Assembly: GCA_045659925.1 (NCBI GenBank)
Contig: JAZRCV010000042.1
Location: 4,137-68,136 of the forward strand
Reading direction: 5' to 3'
Source of the DNA: Faecousia sp.
Lineage (GTDB): Bacteria > Bacillota > Clostridia > Oscillospirales > Oscillospiraceae
DNA: 64,000 nt
Both the position numbers and the translations under genes were made by a program. The notes beneath the pieces are model-generated. The model was not told the origin of the DNA and did not search any database. It saw only the letters and a program-made list of their open reading frames with translations. Of the stretch, positions 27,616 through 37,928 are shown in pieces (position 1 is the stretch's first letter; each line of letters begins with the position of its first letter).

Positions 27616-29904
27616 TCAAATCTTTTCCAGGAAATTTTTCAGCATTTGCGCAACCTGTGCACGGCTGGCTTTGCCGGAGGGATCCAGTCTCCCGTCACCG
27701 GTGCCATTGATGACGCCCTTTTCATTGGCCCAGGACATTGCCTCCCGGGCATAGCCACTAATCTTAGCGCTATCGCTGAAATGGCCAAGGGAATGGTTGC
27801 TCTTCGGACTGCCGCAATAGCGCCAGAGCATCACAGCAAGCTGCTCTCTTGTGATATCATCATTGGGACCGTAGAGGCCATTGCTATAGCCGGATACAAT
27901 CCCCTCACCCGCAGCCCATAAAACCGCAGTCTCATACCAGCTGCCCTGCTTTACATCAGGAAAACTGCCATTAAACTCGGGATTCGGATTTCCTTCCAGA
28001 TTATGCAGTACCTTCGCCAGCATGCCGCGGGTCATCGTGCCATCCGGGGCAAAGGTGGTTTCGCTGGTACCGCTGAACAGAAGATGACTGCTTGCAAATG
28101 CAACGGCGTCATAATACCACACAGCCGTACTGACATCAGTGAAGTTCTTCGTATTCTCTCCCCGCACTATGGTGGCGGAGCCGTCCAGCGGAATGCAAAG
28201 CACACCGTTCACCGTAACTGCTTTGCGAATCACTTCGCGGCTGCCGTCCTCCCGGACCAGCATCGCCACTGTAGCGGGTGTGGGATTGGTGCAGGGAATC
28301 TGCAGCGTGATACCGCCGTCCAATGCTGCAACAGCTGCATCATCCACTGTGATATTCACAGAAATCCGGTCGCCGTCTTTTTCGATTCCAACAACTACCG
28401 TGCCCGTCTTTCCTGCAAAAGCGGAAAGGGCACTGTTGGGGATCGTCACATTGCCAAAGGAAGTGCGAAGGATTACATCTGCATTGGTTTCACTGCCAAG
28501 GGTGGCCAAAAACGCCCCACTCATGGAAACCTGCAAATTTTTTACGCCATTTCCGGCAACAGGAGCAAGCACAACAGGCATACCCTTGCTCTTTTCTGCC
28601 TGCTTCAGAATATTCTCCGCAAGACTGTCGGAGATTTCCGCGATGGCAGCACCATCCTGTTCAGCAGCGACGAGCTCTACCACAATCTGTTCACCCACAG
28701 ACAGTTCCGTATCCCGGTAGTCCTCTTCATGCAGGCTAAGGATCCCTGTGCCACCCAGCGCAGCCAGTACATCCGCACTGTATGCATATCTGACACTGTG
28801 GGCTTTTGAAAACACATAGCCCTGCGCTTCGCTGCCGCCGGCATCCGGCGCTTTCAAGAACAGCTTATCCTCTTTGCCGATGGATTTGTCATCACAGTTT
28901 GTCACATCCACCAGATAGCTGCAGCCATTGAGCACCAGAATATTCCACATATGATCCTTGCTGGAAGGAACTGATTCGTTGTCTCCCGGTGTGCGCATTG
29001 TGCCGCTAACAAGATAATTCTCAATGCCGATGCCGTCGCACAGATATTTAAACGCCTTTGCATAACCCTCGCAAACAACATTGGTGGAATCATCCTGGTC
29101 AAATACCCATATCATCTGCCATGTGTTCAGATTATTGTGCTGAGAATCATCATAGGAAACACTATTTTTAATGAACTCGAAGCAATGGCGCAGCTGCTGC
29201 TCCACGCCCCATTCTTCTCGGTGATCCAGTACATTCTGAATCACAGCATCCGCATTTGCTTTTGCTGCCTGCGCCGTTTTTACCGCCTTTGCAGACACTG
29301 TGTGCTGGGGATCTTCCCCCTTCTCATCCTGAAAGGCTACCGCCACAGGAAAGGTAAACACCAGCGTCTTCAGCGCGATCACGGTACCCGGTTCTTTTCC
29401 AACGGGGATGCCATCCGTCGTACCGAAGGACAGTTCCCGCATCAGATCATACCAGTAAAGGTCATAGGGAAAATCGTTCTGCAGAGAAAGAATAATCTGT
29501 TCTGCATCCAGACAGAATTTGCCGATGTATCTGCCAGTCTCATCCGTGCCAAGAATTTCAAAATTGACGCCTTTTCCGGTCACATCCAGTGTAAAGACCG
29601 TTTTGCCGCCGTTGGCCGCAACCTTCTGAATCTGCTCTGCCAGAGCATCATAGACTGCCCGCTCTGCCGGGGGCAAAAAATCCCCACGAAGCGCAGCAGC
29701 AGGAGCAGCCAGACTATCTGCTGTAAAGATCCGCTGTGCAAGATAAGCATCCAGCAGTGCATCATTATCCTGCAATCCTTCCGCATCAAGACGGAAGCTT
29801 TCAAATGCTGCGCTAAGCCCCGGAGTATCCGCAGAATAGGCAGCAGGCATCAGCATCAGCAGTATGGCGACTGCCAGAATGCTGACGAGAACACGCTTGA
29901 ACAT
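27616..29904 (-). CDS. Secreted transglutaminase-like (Cys-His-Asp) protein anchored by three C-terminal SLH domains
   Basis: Signal peptide MFKRVLVSILAVAILLMLMPAAYSA. Transglutaminase-core-like triad contexts VVCEGYAKAF, DHMWNILV and LVDVTNCD. Three SLH repeats are present: FTDVSTAVWYYDAV..., FPDVKQGSWYETAV... and FSDSAKISGYAREAMSWA.... Confidence 0.7.
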   Translation of the reverse strand: MFKRVLVSILAVAILLMLMPAAYSADTPGLSAAFESFRLDAEGLQDNDALLDAYLAQRIFTADSLAAPAAALRGDFLPPAERAVYDALAEQIQKVAANGGKTVFTLDVTGKGVNFEILGTDETGRYIGKFCLDAEQIILSLQNDFPYDLYWYDLMRELSFGTTDGIPVGKEPGTVIALKTLVFTFPVAVAFQDEKGEDPQHTVSAKAVKTAQAAKANADAVIQNVLDHREEWGVEQQLRHCFEFIKNSVSYDDSQHNNLNTWQMIWVFDQDDSTNVVCEGYAKAFKYLCDGIGIENYLVSGTMRTPGDNESVPSSKDHMWNILVLNGCSYLVDVTNCDDKSIGKEDKLFLKAPDAGGSEAQGYVFSKAHSVRYAYSADVLAALGGTGILSLHEEDYRDTELSVGEQIVVELVAAEQDGAAIAEISDSLAENILKQAEKSKGMPVVLAPVAGNGVKNLQVSMSGAFLATLGSETNADVILRTSFGNVTIPNSALSAFAGKTGTVVVGIEKDGDRISVNITVDDAAVAALDGGITLQIPCTNPTPATVAMLVREDGSREVIRKAVTVNGVLCIPLDGSATIVRGENTKNFTDVSTAVWYYDAVAFASSHLLFSGTSETTFAPDGTMTRGMLAKVLHNLEGNPNPEFNGSFPDVKQGSWYETAVLWAAGEGIVSGYSNGLYGPNDDITREQLAVMLWRYCGSPKSNHSLGHFSDSAKISGYAREAMSWANEKGVINGTGDGRLDPSGKASRAQVAQMLKNFLEKI

Positions 29905-30102
29905 TATATTTCCTCCCTTACGGCAAGTTTTTGGCAATTTTCAAAACCAAACGATATACATCATCATATTAACAGATTATTCGAAGAATAACAATATGGT
30001 TTTTAAAACGATCGCCCCCCTTTCATCATTATTTTGTATGATACCTACCGGGGTAGCCCATGCATTGATCCCGTATATTTCCCGAAAAGCTCGTACTGGC
30101 AC

Positions 30103-30132
30103 TTGCAGAAAGTACCCCATCTGTGGTATAAT
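30103..30132 (+). promoter_or_regulatory. Sigma-A type promoter for gdpP
   Basis: TTGCAG, 18-nt spacer, then TGgTATAAT extended -10. Confidence 0.55.
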
Positions 30133-30195
30133 ACCATATCAAAATGTGTCCAATTTTCACACATGCTGTATTCGCCGAAACGGAGGGATGTCCCC

Positions 30196-32178
30196 GTGAA
30201 TAAAAAGCTCAATCGCCTGCTGCAGCCCAACACCATGATGTACTATATCATTCTGGTATTCTTCATTGCAGCAAGTGTAGCATTCCGTCAGTATGATCTG
30301 GCGATCATAGAAGGCCTTGTTCTTCTGCTCACTTTTGTCATTCTTCGATTTCACCGCAGACGGCGTCGCAAGGCACTGGCTGAGTATGTCTCAACCGCCT
30401 GCGAATCACCGGAAGCCATCAGCGCAATTCCCTTCCCCGCTGTGCTGCTGCAGCCCCAAAGCAGCGAGATCCTCTGGTACAACAAGCAGTTCCAAAACAT
30501 CGCCGGGCTGAAGGATCGTCCGAACCCCTACCATTTTTCCGAACTCTTCCCCAACAATTCTCTCACTTGGCTGCATGAAGGAAAGCTGGAAGCTCCGGAG
30601 CCTCTGGTTCTGGAAACCCAGCGTTATCGTGTTTCCGGCAGCCTGATTCAGCCCGAAGATTCTCCCGAGGTGGCACTGGCTGCGCTGTATCTTGTGGATG
30701 AGACGCAGCTTCTTCTGCTCAAGGATGAGTATACTGCATCCCGACCCGTGGTCAGTGTGATCCTGGTGGATAACTATGATGAACTGACCAACAATCTTCC
30801 GGATTCCAATGTTTCCAATTTGAATGCTGCCATCGATACCCGCATCAAATACTGGACCGATGGCATCGGCGGCTTACTCCGTAAGGTGGAGCGCAACCGT
30901 TATCTGTTTATCTTTGAGGTACGAAACCTGCACACCGCAGTGACGCAAAAATTCTCTATTCTTGAATCCATCCGCACAATCACCAACCCCAAGGGCATCC
31001 ATGCCACCATCTCTCTTGGTATTGGTGTAGATGGCGCCAATTTCGCCGAGGGCTATACTTTCGCTAACCTTGCGATTGAAATGGCCTTGGCCAGAGGCGG
31101 CGATCAGGCAGTCATTAAGGATCGCAATCATTTCACTTTCTACGGTGGGCGAAATAAAGAAACCGAACGCCGCACCACTGTGAAAGCCCGTGTTACCGCC
31201 AACTCACTGTCGGAACTGATTAAGCAATCCAGCCATGTTTTCATCATGGGCCACAAAAACGCCGACCTTGACTCCGTAGGTGCTGCCTGTGGCGTGGCAT
31301 GTATTTGCCGCAAGCTGGGAAAAAAGCCCCAGATTGTGATTGATCGGGAACGAAATGCCTCTCAAACCCTTCTGAAAAAGCTGGAACGCCAGCAGGAATA
31401 CAAAGGCTGTTTCATCTCCGGGCAGGATGCTCTGCTGATGGCTGACACCAAAAGCCTTTTGATCGTGGTGGATACCAACCGCCCGGATCAGTTGGAATGC
31501 AAACCATTGTTGGAATGTGTCAGCAGAATCTGCGTCATTGATCATCACCGCCGCGCTGCAGATTATATTGACACAGAAGCTGCAATCAGCCTTCATGATC
31601 CCTTTGCATCCTCCGCTTCTGAACTGGTGACAGAGCTTCTGCAGTATGCAGTAGACGCCAGCGACCTTCTGCCCATTGAAGCGCAAGCCCTTCTCAGCGG
31701 TATCGTGCTGGATACAAAGAATTTTGGTATGCGCACTTCCAGCAAAACCTTTGAGGCCGCTGCTTTCCTGCGCCGCCTTGGTGCAGATACGGTGGATGTA
31801 AAGATGATTCTGCAAAATGATAAGGAAACCACCCTGGAGCGTTACCGCATCGTGCAGGAGGCGCAGATTTATCGTGATCACATTGCCATCGCGGCACTCA
31901 CGATGCCCACTTCCCGCATTGTTGCAGCTCAGGCAGCGGATGAACTGCTGACCCTCACCGGCGTCACCACATCCTTTGTCATGTATCCGGATACCGCAAC
32001 GGAGCAGGTCATCATCTCTGCCCGCAGCTTTGGTGATACCAATGTTCAGATGATTCTGGAGCCTCTGGGCGGCGGCGGCAATGCAGCCATCGCCGGTGCA
32101 CAGGTGAAGGATAAGCCCACCGCGACAGTGCTCACAGAACTGATCGCTTCCATTGACCAGTATTTTGAAGCCTCTTGA
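30196..32178 (+). CDS. gdpP: Cyclic-di-AMP phosphodiesterase GdpP (2 TM, PAS-like, degenerate GGDEF, DHH/DHHA1)
   Basis: Two N-terminal TM helices and DHH motifs (GHKNADLDSVGAA, VIDHHRR). Shows the conserved gdpP-rplI-dnaB synteny. GTG at 30196 lies 8 nt after ggaggg. Confidence 0.85.
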   Translation: MNKKLNRLLQPNTMMYYIILVFFIAASVAFRQYDLAIIEGLVLLLTFVILRFHRRRRRKALAEYVSTACESPEAISAIPFPAVLLQPQSSEILWYNKQFQNIAGLKDRPNPYHFSELFPNNSLTWLHEGKLEAPEPLVLETQRYRVSGSLIQPEDSPEVALAALYLVDETQLLLLKDEYTASRPVVSVILVDNYDELTNNLPDSNVSNLNAAIDTRIKYWTDGIGGLLRKVERNRYLFIFEVRNLHTAVTQKFSILESIRTITNPKGIHATISLGIGVDGANFAEGYTFANLAIEMALARGGDQAVIKDRNHFTFYGGRNKETERRTTVKARVTANSLSELIKQSSHVFIMGHKNADLDSVGAACGVACICRKLGKKPQIVIDRERNASQTLLKKLERQQEYKGCFISGQDALLMADTKSLLIVVDTNRPDQLECKPLLECVSRICVIDHHRRAADYIDTEAAISLHDPFASSASELVTELLQYAVDASDLLPIEAQALLSGIVLDTKNFGMRTSSKTFEAAAFLRRLGADTVDVKMILQNDKETTLERYRIVQEAQIYRDHIAIAALTMPTSRIVAAQAADELLTLTGVTTSFVMYPDTATEQVIISARSFGDTNVQMILEPLGGGGNAAIAGAQVKDKPTATVLTELIASIDQYFEAS

Positions 32179-32208
32179 CAGGCGTTCCATAGAAAGGAGC
32201 TATACACT

Positions 32209-32655
32209 ATGAAGGTTATTCTGCAGCAGGATGTAAAAGGAAAGGGCAAAAAGGGCCAGATGATCGAAGTATCCGACGGCTATGCCCGCAACTATATGCT
32301 CCCCCGCAAGATTGCGGTGGAAGCAACCGCTGACAATATCAACACCATGCGCATGACGGATAAGGCACGCATTGATCGCGAAACCCGCGAACGTGCCGAA
32401 GCCATTGCCACCCGCGACCGCATGAAGGAAATCGTGGTCAATCTCAAGGCCAAGGGCGGCGGTGCCGGCAAGCTGTTTGGCTCTGTCACCACCCAGGAAA
32501 TCGCAGATGCCCTGCAGGCACAGGAGGGCATTGCCCTTGACAAGCGCCGTATCATCATGGATGAGCCTGTGAAGAGTGTCGGCATCTATACCATTCGCTG
32601 CAAGCTGGGCTACGAGGTCATCGGCAGCTTCCGGCTGGATGTGAAGGAACTGTAA
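32209..32655 (+). CDS. rplI: 50S ribosomal protein L9
   Basis: 148 aa. MKVILQQDVKGKGKKGQMIEVSDGYARNYMLPRK is the canonical L9 N-terminus. Confidence 0.95.
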   Translation: MKVILQQDVKGKGKKGQMIEVSDGYARNYMLPRKIAVEATADNINTMRMTDKARIDRETRERAEAIATRDRMKEIVVNLKAKGGGAGKLFGSVTTQEIADALQAQEGIALDKRRIIMDEPVKSVGIYTIRCKLGYEVIGSFRLDVKEL

Positions 32656-32700
32656 TCCCCGCATACCCCACTAAAAAGAGACGAACGGAGGTGGATCAAG

Positions 32701-34041
32701 ATGGATGAGCTGCTGCAGCGGCAGATGCCGCAATCTCTGGAAGCAGAACAGGCCGTACTGGGCGCAATGCTGATCGACAGCCGATGCATCAATGATGTGA
32801 TCGGTATGCTGCAGCCGGGTGACTTCTATCTGCAGCAAAATCGCGAGATCTATGAGACAATTTATTCCATGTTCCATTACTCAGAGGTCATCGACCCGGT
32901 GACGGTTCTGGATAAAATGAAGGAACGAGGTGTTTTCACTGAAAACTCCACCCCTTATCTGATGCAGCTCATGGAGATCACGCCCACGGCAGCCAACGCC
33001 CGGCAGTATGTGCAGATCGTGCGGGATAAAGCGCTGCTTCGTTCCATCTCCGAAGCCGCCACCGATATCAATGAATCCGTATACGAGGGCACCGGTACCG
33101 CCCGCGATATTCTCGAAGGCGCCGAAAAGCGGATCTTTTCCCTTAGAAAGGGCAATTCCGGCGACTCTTTAGAGCACATCGGCACGGTACTTCTGAAGGT
33201 TTTCGATCATCTGACAGAGCTTGCAGAAAGCGGAAACGCTTTCCCCGGTCTGCCCACCGGTCTGATTGACTTAGATCGCAAGATCAACGGTCTGAACAAA
33301 TCTGACCTTGTGCTGATCGCCGCCCGGCCCGGTATGGGTAAAACCTCCATCGCCCTGAATATCACCCTGAATACCGCAAAAAAGAGCGGTAAGACCATCG
33401 CCTTTTTCTCCCTGGAAATGTCCAGAGAGCAGCTCGGTATGCGCCTGATGGCCAACGAAAGCTTTGTGGACAACCAGAAGCTGGTCACAGGACAGCTCAG
33501 CGAAGAGGAATGGGGCAAAATCGGCCTTGCCTCCTCTGCCCTGTCACAGACCGACATCCGAGTGGATGACAATCCCACCATCACCGTTGCCGAAATTAAC
33601 GCAAAATGCCGCAGGCTCGACAATCTGGGCCTTGTGGTCATCGACTATCTGCAGCTCATGACCTCCTCCGGCGGCAAAAGTACCGCGGGTGAAAACCGTC
33701 AGCAGATCGTATCCGACATCTCCCGTGCCCTGAAGATTATGGCGAAGGAGCTGAATGTGCCGGTCATCTGCCTGAGCCAGCTCTCCCGTGCCAACGAAAG
33801 CAGACAGGACAAGCGCCCCATGCTTTCTGATCTGCGTGAATCCGGCGCCATCGAACAGGACGCAGACGTGGTCATGTTCCTTTACCGTGATGACTATTAT
33901 AACGAAAATTCACCGGAAAAGAATGTGGCGGAATGCATCGTAGCCAAAAACCGCCACGGCGAAACCGGTACCGTCAAGCTGCAGTGGCTGCCGCAGTTTA
34001 CCACCTTTGCCAACCGGGAGTGGCAGCATGATGAAGGATAA
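32701..34041 (+). CDS. dnaB: Replicative DNA helicase
   Basis: 446 aa. PQSLEAEQAVLGAMLID N-terminus, Walker A ARPGMGKTS, and Walker B-type VVIDYLQLM. Confidence 0.95.
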   Translation: MDELLQRQMPQSLEAEQAVLGAMLIDSRCINDVIGMLQPGDFYLQQNREIYETIYSMFHYSEVIDPVTVLDKMKERGVFTENSTPYLMQLMEITPTAANARQYVQIVRDKALLRSISEAATDINESVYEGTGTARDILEGAEKRIFSLRKGNSGDSLEHIGTVLLKVFDHLTELAESGNAFPGLPTGLIDLDRKINGLNKSDLVLIAARPGMGKTSIALNITLNTAKKSGKTIAFFSLEMSREQLGMRLMANESFVDNQKLVTGQLSEEEWGKIGLASSALSQTDIRVDDNPTITVAEINAKCRRLDNLGLVVIDYLQLMTSSGGKSTAGENRQQIVSDISRALKIMAKELNVPVICLSQLSRANESRQDKRPMLSDLRESGAIEQDADVVMFLYRDDYYNENSPEKNVAECIVAKNRHGETGTVKLQWLPQFTTFANREWQHDEG

Positions 34042-35377
34042 GCTGCTGCACTTCATCCGGGAGCACCACCTGGTCTCGCCGGGTGATACCCTTACCTGTG
34101 CCGTCTCCGGCGGCGCAGACTCTATGGCAATGCTCTGGGCACTGTACTGTCTGAGAAACACACTGGAAATCCAAGTCCAATGTGCCCATTTTAACCACGG
34201 TATGCGGGAAAATGCCGCAAAAGACGAAGCCTTTGTGGCACAATTCTGCCAAAAGCATGGCATTCCCTTTTACTGCTGCCATGGTCATGTGGAAACAGAC
34301 GCCCTACCCGGGGAAAGCTTAGAGCTGGCAGCACGGCGGCTTCGATATGATTATTTGAAAATGACCGCAGGGAATTCCCTTCTGGCCACCGCCCATACAG
34401 CGGATGATAATTTGGAAACCCTGCTTCTTCGTCTGACCCGAGGCACCTCCCTGCGAGGTCTTGGAGGCATCCCGGTTCGTCATGGTTCGATCATTCGGCC
34501 GGTTCTTTTCGCCACCCGTGGGGAAATTCTGACTTTTTTAATAGAAGAAGGCATTGACTTTCGGGAGGATGAAAGCAATCAGACGGATTTCTGCCCACGC
34601 AACCGTATCCGCCACCATGTAACACCCCATCTGCGGGAGGAAAACCCGGCGATTGCATACTCTGCGCTTTCCCTCTCCTGCGTTTTGCGGGAGGAAGACG
34701 CATTTCTCTCAGACCTTGCACAAAAGGCTCTTTCAGAGTGTTGTGATGAGCAGGGCTGCCGCTGTGAAGTCCTTGCGGCGCTGCATCCGGTGCTGCAAAG
34801 GCGGGTGCTGTTCTCCATTTTACAGCAAGCCGGAGTCCCACAACCCACCCAGCGGCATCTGACCCAGCTTTCTGCGCTGCTGAATTCTGACAGCCCATCG
34901 GCGAAAGCAGATTTCCCCGGCGGTGTAGTTATTATGAGGCGTTATGGGCATTTGTGTATCGCGGATAACGATTCCCGATCCATTCCTCCCACCCCTCTGA
35001 AAATTCCCGGCATTACTTCCATTCCCGGTATGGGACTGCGAATTGTGTGCTCGGAACCAAAAAAAATTGAAAAAACGGAAAATTCCCCTACCAATTTCCA
35101 GCTCCGTTGTGATATGATAGGCTGTGGCGGCTTAATGGTTCGCTCCCGTCAAACCGGTGACCGGATTCGCCTTCCCGGTGGCAGCCGCAGTCTCAAGCGC
35201 CTAATGATCGATAGAAAAATACCCGCCTCCCAGCGTGCACTCATGCCGGTACTGGCGGATGAAAGAGGCATTGCAGCCGTGGTTGGTATCGGAGCAGATT
35301 TGCTCTATTCAGCCCAGCCCGGCATGGATGCCATACAAATAAAGATAGAGAAAGAGGAAATTAACTATGATGCATGA
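34028..35377 (+). CDS. tilS: tRNA(Ile)-lysidine synthetase
   Basis: PP-loop SGGADS (CAVSGGADSMAM), with tilS-hpt-ftsH synteny. The start at MMKDKL overlaps the dnaB end. Confidence 0.85.
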   Translation: MMKDKLLHFIREHHLVSPGDTLTCAVSGGADSMAMLWALYCLRNTLEIQVQCAHFNHGMRENAAKDEAFVAQFCQKHGIPFYCCHGHVETDALPGESLELAARRLRYDYLKMTAGNSLLATAHTADDNLETLLLRLTRGTSLRGLGGIPVRHGSIIRPVLFATRGEILTFLIEEGIDFREDESNQTDFCPRNRIRHHVTPHLREENPAIAYSALSLSCVLREEDAFLSDLAQKALSECCDEQGCRCEVLAALHPVLQRRVLFSILQQAGVPQPTQRHLTQLSALLNSDSPSAKADFPGGVVIMRRYGHLCIADNDSRSIPPTPLKIPGITSIPGMGLRIVCSEPKKIEKTENSPTNFQLRCDMIGCGGLMVRSRQTGDRIRLPGGSRSLKRLMIDRKIPASQRALMPVLADERGIAAVVGIGADLLYSAQPGMDAIQIKIEKEEINYDA

Positions 35378-35900
35378 CATGGAAAGAATCCTGCTGTCGG
35401 AAGAAGAAATCAAGGAATGTGTTGCAAAGCTTGGCAAGCAGCTTGTTGAAGAATATGAAGGCAAGAATCCTGTATTTCTTGGCATTCTGAAAGGCGTTGT
35501 TGTTTTCTTTGCAGATATGATTCGTGCCGTTCCCATTCCTTGCGACATCGACTTCCTTGCAGTCAGCTCCTATGGCTCCGGTACGAATTCCGGTCAGCTC
35601 AAGTTCCACAAGGATGTTTCTGTCCCCATCAAGGGTCGCCATGTTGTCATTCTGGAAGACATTCTCGATAGCGGCAGAACCCTCAGCCATGTGGTCGCCC
35701 ATCTCAATGAGATGGAGCCCGCCTCTTTGAAGATCTGCACCCTTCTGAATAAGCCCTCCCGCCGCGAAGCCCCCATTGATGCAGACTATGTAGGCTTTAC
35801 CATTCCCAATGAATTTGTTGTGGGTTATGGCCTGGACTTTGCCGAACGCTATCGCAATCTTCCCTTTATCGGGGTACTGAAGCCCGAAATCTATGGATAA
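35367..35900 (+). CDS. hpt: Hypoxanthine phosphoribosyltransferase
   Basis: 177 aa with the PRPP-binding motif VVILEDILDSGRTL. Confidence 0.9.
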   Translation: MMHDMERILLSEEEIKECVAKLGKQLVEEYEGKNPVFLGILKGVVVFFADMIRAVPIPCDIDFLAVSSYGSGTNSGQLKFHKDVSVPIKGRHVVILEDILDSGRTLSHVVAHLNEMEPASLKICTLLNKPSRREAPIDADYVGFTIPNEFVVGYGLDFAERYRNLPFIGVLKPEIYG

Positions 35901-35915
35901 TCGAAGGAGGTTTCC

Positions 35916-37802
35916 TTGAAAAAGCAACCGAAATTTGGAATTATCATCATCTATCTGCTGATATTCGGCGCTACCTTCATGCTCATCAACTATCTCTCCC
36001 AGCAGCAGAGGCCGGATGAACTGCAGTATTCCGAGATTGTCAGCCTGTTTGAAACAGAGCAGGTAGAGTCCTTCATTATCAAAGACAACAAGGTCACGCT
36101 GAAGCTCAATACGCCTTACAAAGATATGCAAAAGGTCTGGGCAGAAATCGTGGATTTCTCCGTGTTCTATACCGATCTGAACGATTTGGTGCGGGAACAG
36201 TATGCTGATGGCATCCTGAAGGAATACAACTATCCTCCCAATTCTGAGCCCTCCCTTTTCGTCTCCATGCTGCCCTACCTGCTTATCGCAGGCGTGTTCC
36301 TGGTGCTGATGTTTATTCTGATGAACCGGGCAAACGGCGGCCAGAGTGCCATTCGATTTGGTAAGGCAGGCGCCCGGGTGGCGAACGACAAGGATAAAGT
36401 TACTTTCCAGGATGTGGCAGGCGCCGAAGAAGAGAAAACGGAACTGGCAGAAATCGTGGATTTCCTTCAGGATCCGGACAAATACACCAAAATGGGTGCC
36501 AAAATTCCCAAGGGCGTCCTGCTTGTGGGCCCTCCGGGTACCGGTAAAACCCTCATCGCCCGAGCCGTAGCCGGGGAAGCCAATGTGCAGTTCCTGTCCA
36601 TTTCCGGCTCTGAATTTGTAGAGCTCTATGTGGGTGTTGGTGCCAGCCGTGTGCGTGATCTGTTTGATCAGGCAAAGAAAATGGCGCCCTCCATCATCTT
36701 CATTGATGAGATCGATGCCGTTGGCCGCAGAAGAGGCGCAGGTCTCGGCGGCGGTCACGATGAACGCGAACAGACCTTGAACCAGCTGCTTGTGGAAATG
36801 GACGGCTTTGGTAAGAACACCGGCGTCATCGTCATGGCAGCCACCAACCGTAAGGACATTCTGGATCCCGCACTGCTGCGTCCCGGTCGTTTTGACCGTC
36901 AGATTTATATCGGCGCACCGGATTCTAAAGGTCGTGAGGCTATTTTGAAGGTGCATTCCAAGGATAAGCCGCTGGCTGAGGATGTGGATCTTCCCACCAT
37001 CGCCAAGGCTACCACCGGCTTCACCGGTGCGGATATCTCCAACCTTCTCAACGAAGCTGCCCTGCTGTCCGCCCGCAGAAACCGCCGTTTCATCACCATG
37101 GCAGAAATGGAAGAAGCGCTGATGAAGATTGTGGCAGGCCCTGAAAAGCGCAGCCGCGTCATCACCCCCCATGAGCGCCGCCTGACTGCAGTGCATGAAG
37201 CAGGCCACGCCATTGCGATGTACCATCTTCCCACCTGTGATCCGGTGCATCAGATCACCATCATTCCCCGGGGTCACGCAGGCGGCATGACCATCAGCCT
37301 GCCCCAGGAGGATCGCTGGTACGCCACACGGCGGGAAATGTTTGAGGACATCGTCTCCTTCCTTGGTGGCCGAATTGCCGAGCAGCTTCGCCTGAACGAC
37401 ATTTCCACCGGCGCTTCCAGCGACATCGAGCGGGCCACCGCCATCGCAAGAGATATGGTCGCCCGTTACGGTATGAGTGAGCGCATCGGCACTGTCTCCT
37501 ATTCCGACGGCAATGAAATCTTCATCGGCCGGGATTATGAGAAGACCAAGACCTATTCCGAGCATACCGCCGGAGAAATTGATGCCGAGGTGAAGGCCAT
37601 TCTGGACGAAGCCTACGCCCTGTGCACCAAGATCCTCACAGAGCATGGCGACAAGCTGGACGAAGTGACTGCCTTCCTTTTGGAGCATGAGCATATGTCT
37701 AAAAATCAGTTCCTTGCCTGCATGGAAGGACGGGAGATCATTGTGGACGAGGACAGCTCCATTTTTGACAGCTTCCGAGCCAACGAAGAATCCCAGAATT
37801 AA
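35916..37802 (+). CDS. ftsH: ATP-dependent zinc metalloprotease FtsH
   Basis: Two TM helices, AAA Walker A GPPGTGKT, an SRH region, and the zinc motif HEAGHA. TTG start. Confidence 0.95.
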   Translation: MKKQPKFGIIIIYLLIFGATFMLINYLSQQQRPDELQYSEIVSLFETEQVESFIIKDNKVTLKLNTPYKDMQKVWAEIVDFSVFYTDLNDLVREQYADGILKEYNYPPNSEPSLFVSMLPYLLIAGVFLVLMFILMNRANGGQSAIRFGKAGARVANDKDKVTFQDVAGAEEEKTELAEIVDFLQDPDKYTKMGAKIPKGVLLVGPPGTGKTLIARAVAGEANVQFLSISGSEFVELYVGVGASRVRDLFDQAKKMAPSIIFIDEIDAVGRRRGAGLGGGHDEREQTLNQLLVEMDGFGKNTGVIVMAATNRKDILDPALLRPGRFDRQIYIGAPDSKGREAILKVHSKDKPLAEDVDLPTIAKATTGFTGADISNLLNEAALLSARRNRRFITMAEMEEALMKIVAGPEKRSRVITPHERRLTAVHEAGHAIAMYHLPTCDPVHQITIIPRGHAGGMTISLPQEDRWYATRREMFEDIVSFLGGRIAEQLRLNDISTGASSDIERATAIARDMVARYGMSERIGTVSYSDGNEIFIGRDYEKTKTYSEHTAGEIDAEVKAILDEAYALCTKILTEHGDKLDEVTAFLLEHEHMSKNQFLACMEGREIIVDEDSSIFDSFRANEESQN

Positions 37803-37819
37803 GAATCATAGTTGCTTTT

Positions 37820-37843
37820 GGCTGCCTTCTTCGGAAGGCAGCC
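37820..37843 (+). terminator. Terminator hairpin after ftsH
   Basis: 10-bp stem ggctgccttc / gaaggcagcc with a tetraloop, followed by an A/T-rich tail. Confidence 0.6.
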
Positions 37844-37860
37844 ATTATTATAACTTTTCC

Positions 37861-37889
37861 TTGCTGTCAGGCCCTGTGCATAGTATAAT
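37861..37889 (+). promoter_or_regulatory. Sigma-A type promoter for ymdB and the sbcCD-like operon
   Basis: TTGCTG, 17-nt spacer, then TATAAT. Confidence 0.6.
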
Positions 37890-37928
37890 GAATTCAAGCA
37901 AATAACGATTATGAAAGGAGCGGTGTCC

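Noticed and set aside
30034-30195. N-terminal 54-aa extension of the gdpP ORF (similar extensions occur at 3364, 4178, 4533, 7355, 11039, 19142, 42687, 58712 and 60986)
   Set aside because: The extensions overlap promoters or upstream genes and lack an RBS. Internal starts with good Shine-Dalgarno spacing or ATGA/GTGA coupling give N-termini typical of the respective families.
35361-37694. 777-aa ORF antisense to hpt and ftsH
   Set aside because: It is opposite FtsH, which has Walker A, the HEAGH zinc motif and TM helices. This is a classic shadow ORF.
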